Assembly: GCA_013378385.1 (NCBI GenBank)
Contig: JACAFS010000018.1
Span: 1-18,128 of the forward strand
Length of the DNA: 18,128 bases
Source: Nitrososphaerota archaeon
GTDB taxonomy: Archaea; Thermoproteota; Nitrososphaeria; Nitrososphaerales; UBA57
Direction: 5' to 3'
The notes beneath the pieces were generated by a model. That model was not told the DNA's origin, ran no database searches, and saw nothing but the letters and a program-made list of their open reading frames with translations. Position 1 is the stretch's first letter; every line of letters starts with the position of its first letter. Made by a program: the position numbers and the translations under genes. Of this stretch, positions 15,264 to 18,128 are shown one piece after another.

Positions 15264-16868
15264 TTGGCTCAGATTAATTCTAGACAAGATGAGAAGAAGA
15301 GATGGAAAATTTTAGCAAAGGATTTAGGGGTAAAAGAGACAGAGAATATTTCAAGTTTGCATGACATAAAGAGGCATATTGGAAAAACCATGCAAAGAGA
15401 TAACATTCCAAGCAACTCGGAACTATTGGATATGCTGTCTGTAAATAAACGTAAACAACATTTACAATTATTGAAAATAAAGCCAACTAAGAGTGCGTCA
15501 GGAATTGCAGTAATAGCAGTTATGACAAAGCCATACAATTGTCCTCACGGAGTTTGTATTTTCTGCCCAGGCGGTGAGAAGGTAGGAACGCCGCAAAGTT
15601 ACTTGCCAACGGAGCCAGCTACGATGAGGGCACTTGAAGCAGAATATGAGCCCGATAGACAGATTGAAAGTAGGTTCAATCAATTGAAAAAGATTGGGCA
15701 TTATGTGGATAAAGTCGAACTGTTGATTATTGGTGGTACATTTATGAATTTACCATTCGAATATCAGGAGAGTTTTGTGAAATCCTGCTATGATTCATTG
15801 AATGGAATAAAATCGAGAGATATTAATCATGCAAAGGAGATAGCAGAAAAATCAGTAATCAAAAATGTGGGACTTAGTGTAGAAACAAAACCAGACTGGT
15901 GTAAACAGAAACATATTGATCTGGCTCTGGACTTTGGTGTAACAAGGATAGAAATAGGAATTCAGACATTATCAGACGAGATATACAAAAAAACGAACAG
16001 AGGTCATACTTTACTTGATGTAGAAGAATCATTGCAGATATCAAAAGATGCAGGTTATAAAATTGTTGCGCATATGATGCCAGGGCTTCCGGGATCTAAT
16101 CTTCAAAAAGATTTTGACGATTTTATTACATTATTTAATGATCAAAAATACAAGCCAGATATGTTAAAGATTTATCCGACTTTGGTAGTTCCCGATACAG
16201 GATTATATAAGATGTATAAAGAGGGGAAGTTCGAACCATATACTACAGAAGAAGTGGTAGATCTATTAGCAAGAGTAAAGAAAGAAGTTCCTCCGTGGGT
16301 CAGAATAATGAGAATACAAAGAGAGATTTCGGAAGAATATATTGAAGCTGGAACTGGCAAAGGAAACGTCCGTGAATTAATAATCGAAAGGATGAAACAA
16401 AGGGGAGATAAATGTGAATGTATAAGATGTAGGGAAATCGGATTGAAACAACTAAAAGAAAAGTTAGAAATCAACAAATATGACATAGAGATAAAAAATA
16501 CGAATTACGAATCTTCGGGAGGAGAAGAATACTTCATCAGTGCAGAAGAAAAGAATACAAAGTCTTTAATTGGTTTTGTAAGAATGCGTATTCCTTCAAA
16601 CAAAGCTCATAGAAGAGAAATTGTAGACAATACAGCAATTATTAGAGAATTGCACGTATATGGACAAGTCGTACCAATTGGAGAAAGAGATACAAAAAGT
16701 TGGCAACATAAAGGAACGGGAACTAAATTGATGCAGGAAGCAGAGAGATTAGCGAAAGAAGAGTTATCGATAAGAAAATTACTAGTAATAAGTGCAGTAG
16801 GAACAAGAGAATATTATAAAAGATTAGGATATGAATTAGAAGGGCCGTACATGACAAAAATACTATAA
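15264..16868 (+). CDS. elp3: Elp3 homolog (radical-SAM plus GNAT acetyltransferase; tRNA wobble-uridine modification)
   Basis: 534-aa ORF. It has the Elp3 radical-SAM cluster motif CPHGVCIFCPGG and a C-terminal GNAT block (WQHKGTGTKLMQEAERLA ... YYKRLGY). TTG start at 15264 is preceded by GAGGAG (15254..15259) with a 4-nt spacer. Confidence 0.9.
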   Translation: MAQINSRQDEKKRWKILAKDLGVKETENISSLHDIKRHIGKTMQRDNIPSNSELLDMLSVNKRKQHLQLLKIKPTKSASGIAVIAVMTKPYNCPHGVCIFCPGGEKVGTPQSYLPTEPATMRALEAEYEPDRQIESRFNQLKKIGHYVDKVELLIIGGTFMNLPFEYQESFVKSCYDSLNGIKSRDINHAKEIAEKSVIKNVGLSVETKPDWCKQKHIDLALDFGVTRIEIGIQTLSDEIYKKTNRGHTLLDVEESLQISKDAGYKIVAHMMPGLPGSNLQKDFDDFITLFNDQKYKPDMLKIYPTLVVPDTGLYKMYKEGKFEPYTTEEVVDLLARVKKEVPPWVRIMRIQREISEEYIEAGTGKGNVRELIIERMKQRGDKCECIRCREIGLKQLKEKLEINKYDIEIKNTNYESSGGEEYFISAEEKNTKSLIGFVRMRIPSNKAHRREIVDNTAIIRELHVYGQVVPIGERDTKSWQHKGTGTKLMQEAERLAKEELSIRKLLVISAVGTREYYKRLGYELEGPYMTKIL

Positions 16869-16887
16869 TTACAAGGAAATAGTAATC

Positions 16888-18128
16888 ATGAGAAATACAA
16901 AAATTATAATATTAATATTATTAATATCTATTTCAACAATATTCCAATTTAACAATATAGACACTGAAGCTACTAACAATATTGATATTCAGAAAATAGA
17001 TAGATGGCAAAGAAACTGGGAATTTGTCAACCATGATGCATTTGGAACGAACTACTCGCCGCAGAATCAGATCAACGTAGAAAATGTGCACATGTTGGAA
17101 CTGAAGTGGACATATCCATTTCCTCCTGCGTCGGAATTTTTAAGATACCAACCAGGTGGAATTGCATTTGAAGGTGCAATAACGCCTCCGTTAATAGTGG
17201 ACGGAGAAGTATTTGTTGCGTCAAATATGAGGAATGTATATTCTTTCGAAGCAGATTCTGGCAACATGAATTGGATAAATATTTATGAACATAATTGGGA
17301 TAAAGCGAAACAAGAGCTGCCTGAAGTTGCAGGAGGAGCTCCACATATTCATGGTCTACAACATATTAATGGAAATCTATTTACAAGCACTTTGAATTGC
17401 TCGATTGAGGCAATTGATTCTAAATCAGGACAAACTACATTCAGTATTGAAAATATTTGTAAAAACGTCGAGGGAAATTACTATTCTTGGCCCATGTATG
17501 AAGGAATTGGGAAATATGGTTCGCCTTCACATCCAGGACCAATTTATGAGAATGAAAATATTCTGGTTGTTGCAATAACTGGTGCTACAGCTTCATGGGG
17601 GGGAGGCAGGGCATTCATTGACGGATATGACCTGAACTCAGATCCGCCTGAGAGAGTATGGAGAACATTTCTTGCGCCTCCAGGAGAAGGGGATCCAGAA
17701 TGGGCATTAAGAGAATGTGATAAAGGATGGTTTTTCTCTTATCCAGAATGGAAGGAAACAGGAAGGATGGGAATACCATGTAATGAGGTTCCAAGAGAGA
17801 ATTTGATGAATGACTGGGGAGTGCCGAAGCATTATACTTCTTCAGTATCAGCAATTTGGGGACAAATGGCACTGGATCAGGAAACTGGAATAATATATTT
17901 CGGAACTGGAAATCAAGGAGGATGGCCAAATCAGACACATGTAACTGGACCAAATCTATACTCAGGTGCAACTTTAGCAATGGATGCAAAGTCAGGAGAA
18001 ATTATCTGGTGGTATCAACAAGTAGTACGAGATATGGTAGAAGGAGATACATCTTGGAACACAGTGCTAACTGAATTGACTATTAACGGAGAGAGAAAAA
18101 AAGCTATAATAAAATATTCTGTGACAGG
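16888..18128 (+). CDS. PQQ-dehydrogenase-like beta-propeller protein (paralog 2), 3'-truncated by the window edge and absent from the supplied ORF track
   Basis: Hand translation from the ATG at 16888 stays open for 413 codons to the end of the window: MRNTKIIILILLISISTIFQF... RNWEFVNHDAFGTNYSPQNQINVENVHMLELKW ... PPLIVDGEVFVAS ... IWGQMALDQETGIIYFGTGNQGGWPN ... AMDAKSGEIIWWYQ. It is clearly homologous to 12226..14484. Four supplied ORFs within it (three antisense, one off-frame on the same strand) are artefacts. Confidence 0.8.
   Translation, partial: MRNTKIIILILLISISTIFQFNNIDTEATNNIDIQKIDRWQRNWEFVNHDAFGTNYSPQNQINVENVHMLELKWTYPFPPASEFLRYQPGGIAFEGAITPPLIVDGEVFVASNMRNVYSFEADSGNMNWINIYEHNWDKAKQELPEVAGGAPHIHGLQHINGNLFTSTLNCSIEAIDSKSGQTTFSIENICKNVEGNYYSWPMYEGIGKYGSPSHPGPIYENENILVVAITGATASWGGGRAFIDGYDLNSDPPERVWRTFLAPPGEGDPEWALRECDKGWFFSYPEWKETGRMGIPCNEVPRENLMNDWGVPKHYTSSVSAIWGQMALDQETGIIYFGTGNQGGWPNQTHVTGPNLYSGATLAMDAKSGEIIWWYQQVVRDMVEGDTSWNTVLTELTINGERKKAIIKYSVT

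Noticed and set aside
17615-17989. 124-aa minus-strand ORF plus 17067..17344 minus-strand ORFs and 17856..18074 plus-strand ORF
   Set aside because: All lie within the long open plus-strand frame encoding PQQ-like paralog 2, which has clear homology to paralog 1. They are antisense or off-frame artefacts.

Overview
Visibly AT-rich, very tightly packed archaeal chromosome segment. Its gene content matches an ammonia-oxidising thaumarchaeon (Nitrosopumilus-like); that assignment is an inference from gene content, not a database hit. I support 18 protein genes. These are class II ribonucleotide reductase (nrdJ), aspartate carbamoyltransferase catalytic and regulatory chains (pyrB, pyrI, here divergent), and six A-type ATP synthase subunits in three separate minus-strand units (atpA-atpB-atpD-orf41-atpK, atpE, atpF). 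The remainder are a membrane-anchored blue-copper (cupredoxin) protein, an Mrp/NBP35 Fe-S carrier ATPase, Elp3, three hypothetical membrane proteins and two paralogous secreted PQQ-dehydrogenase-like beta-propeller proteins. I found no rRNA, tRNA, CRISPR array, transposase, integrase or defence genes, so this is mostly housekeeping DNA. Six things deserve a second look. (1) A 41-codon ORF missing from the ORF track lies between atpD and atpK and has a full GAGGTGA ribosome-binding site. (2) The two divergent PQQ-like propellers sit in mirror positions around a 52-bp divergent promoter. One is absent from the ORF track because it runs off the window edge, and both appear to lack canonical quinoprotein catalytic residues. 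(3) All four convergent gene junctions have 5 nt or less of spacer. One of them sits in a perfect 21-bp palindrome containing both stop codons. (4) pyrB and pyrI are head to head across 41 bp. (5) A GC-rich UUCG-tetraloop hairpin plus T8 terminator stands out in the AT-rich background. (6) TTG/GTG start codons are unusually frequent.
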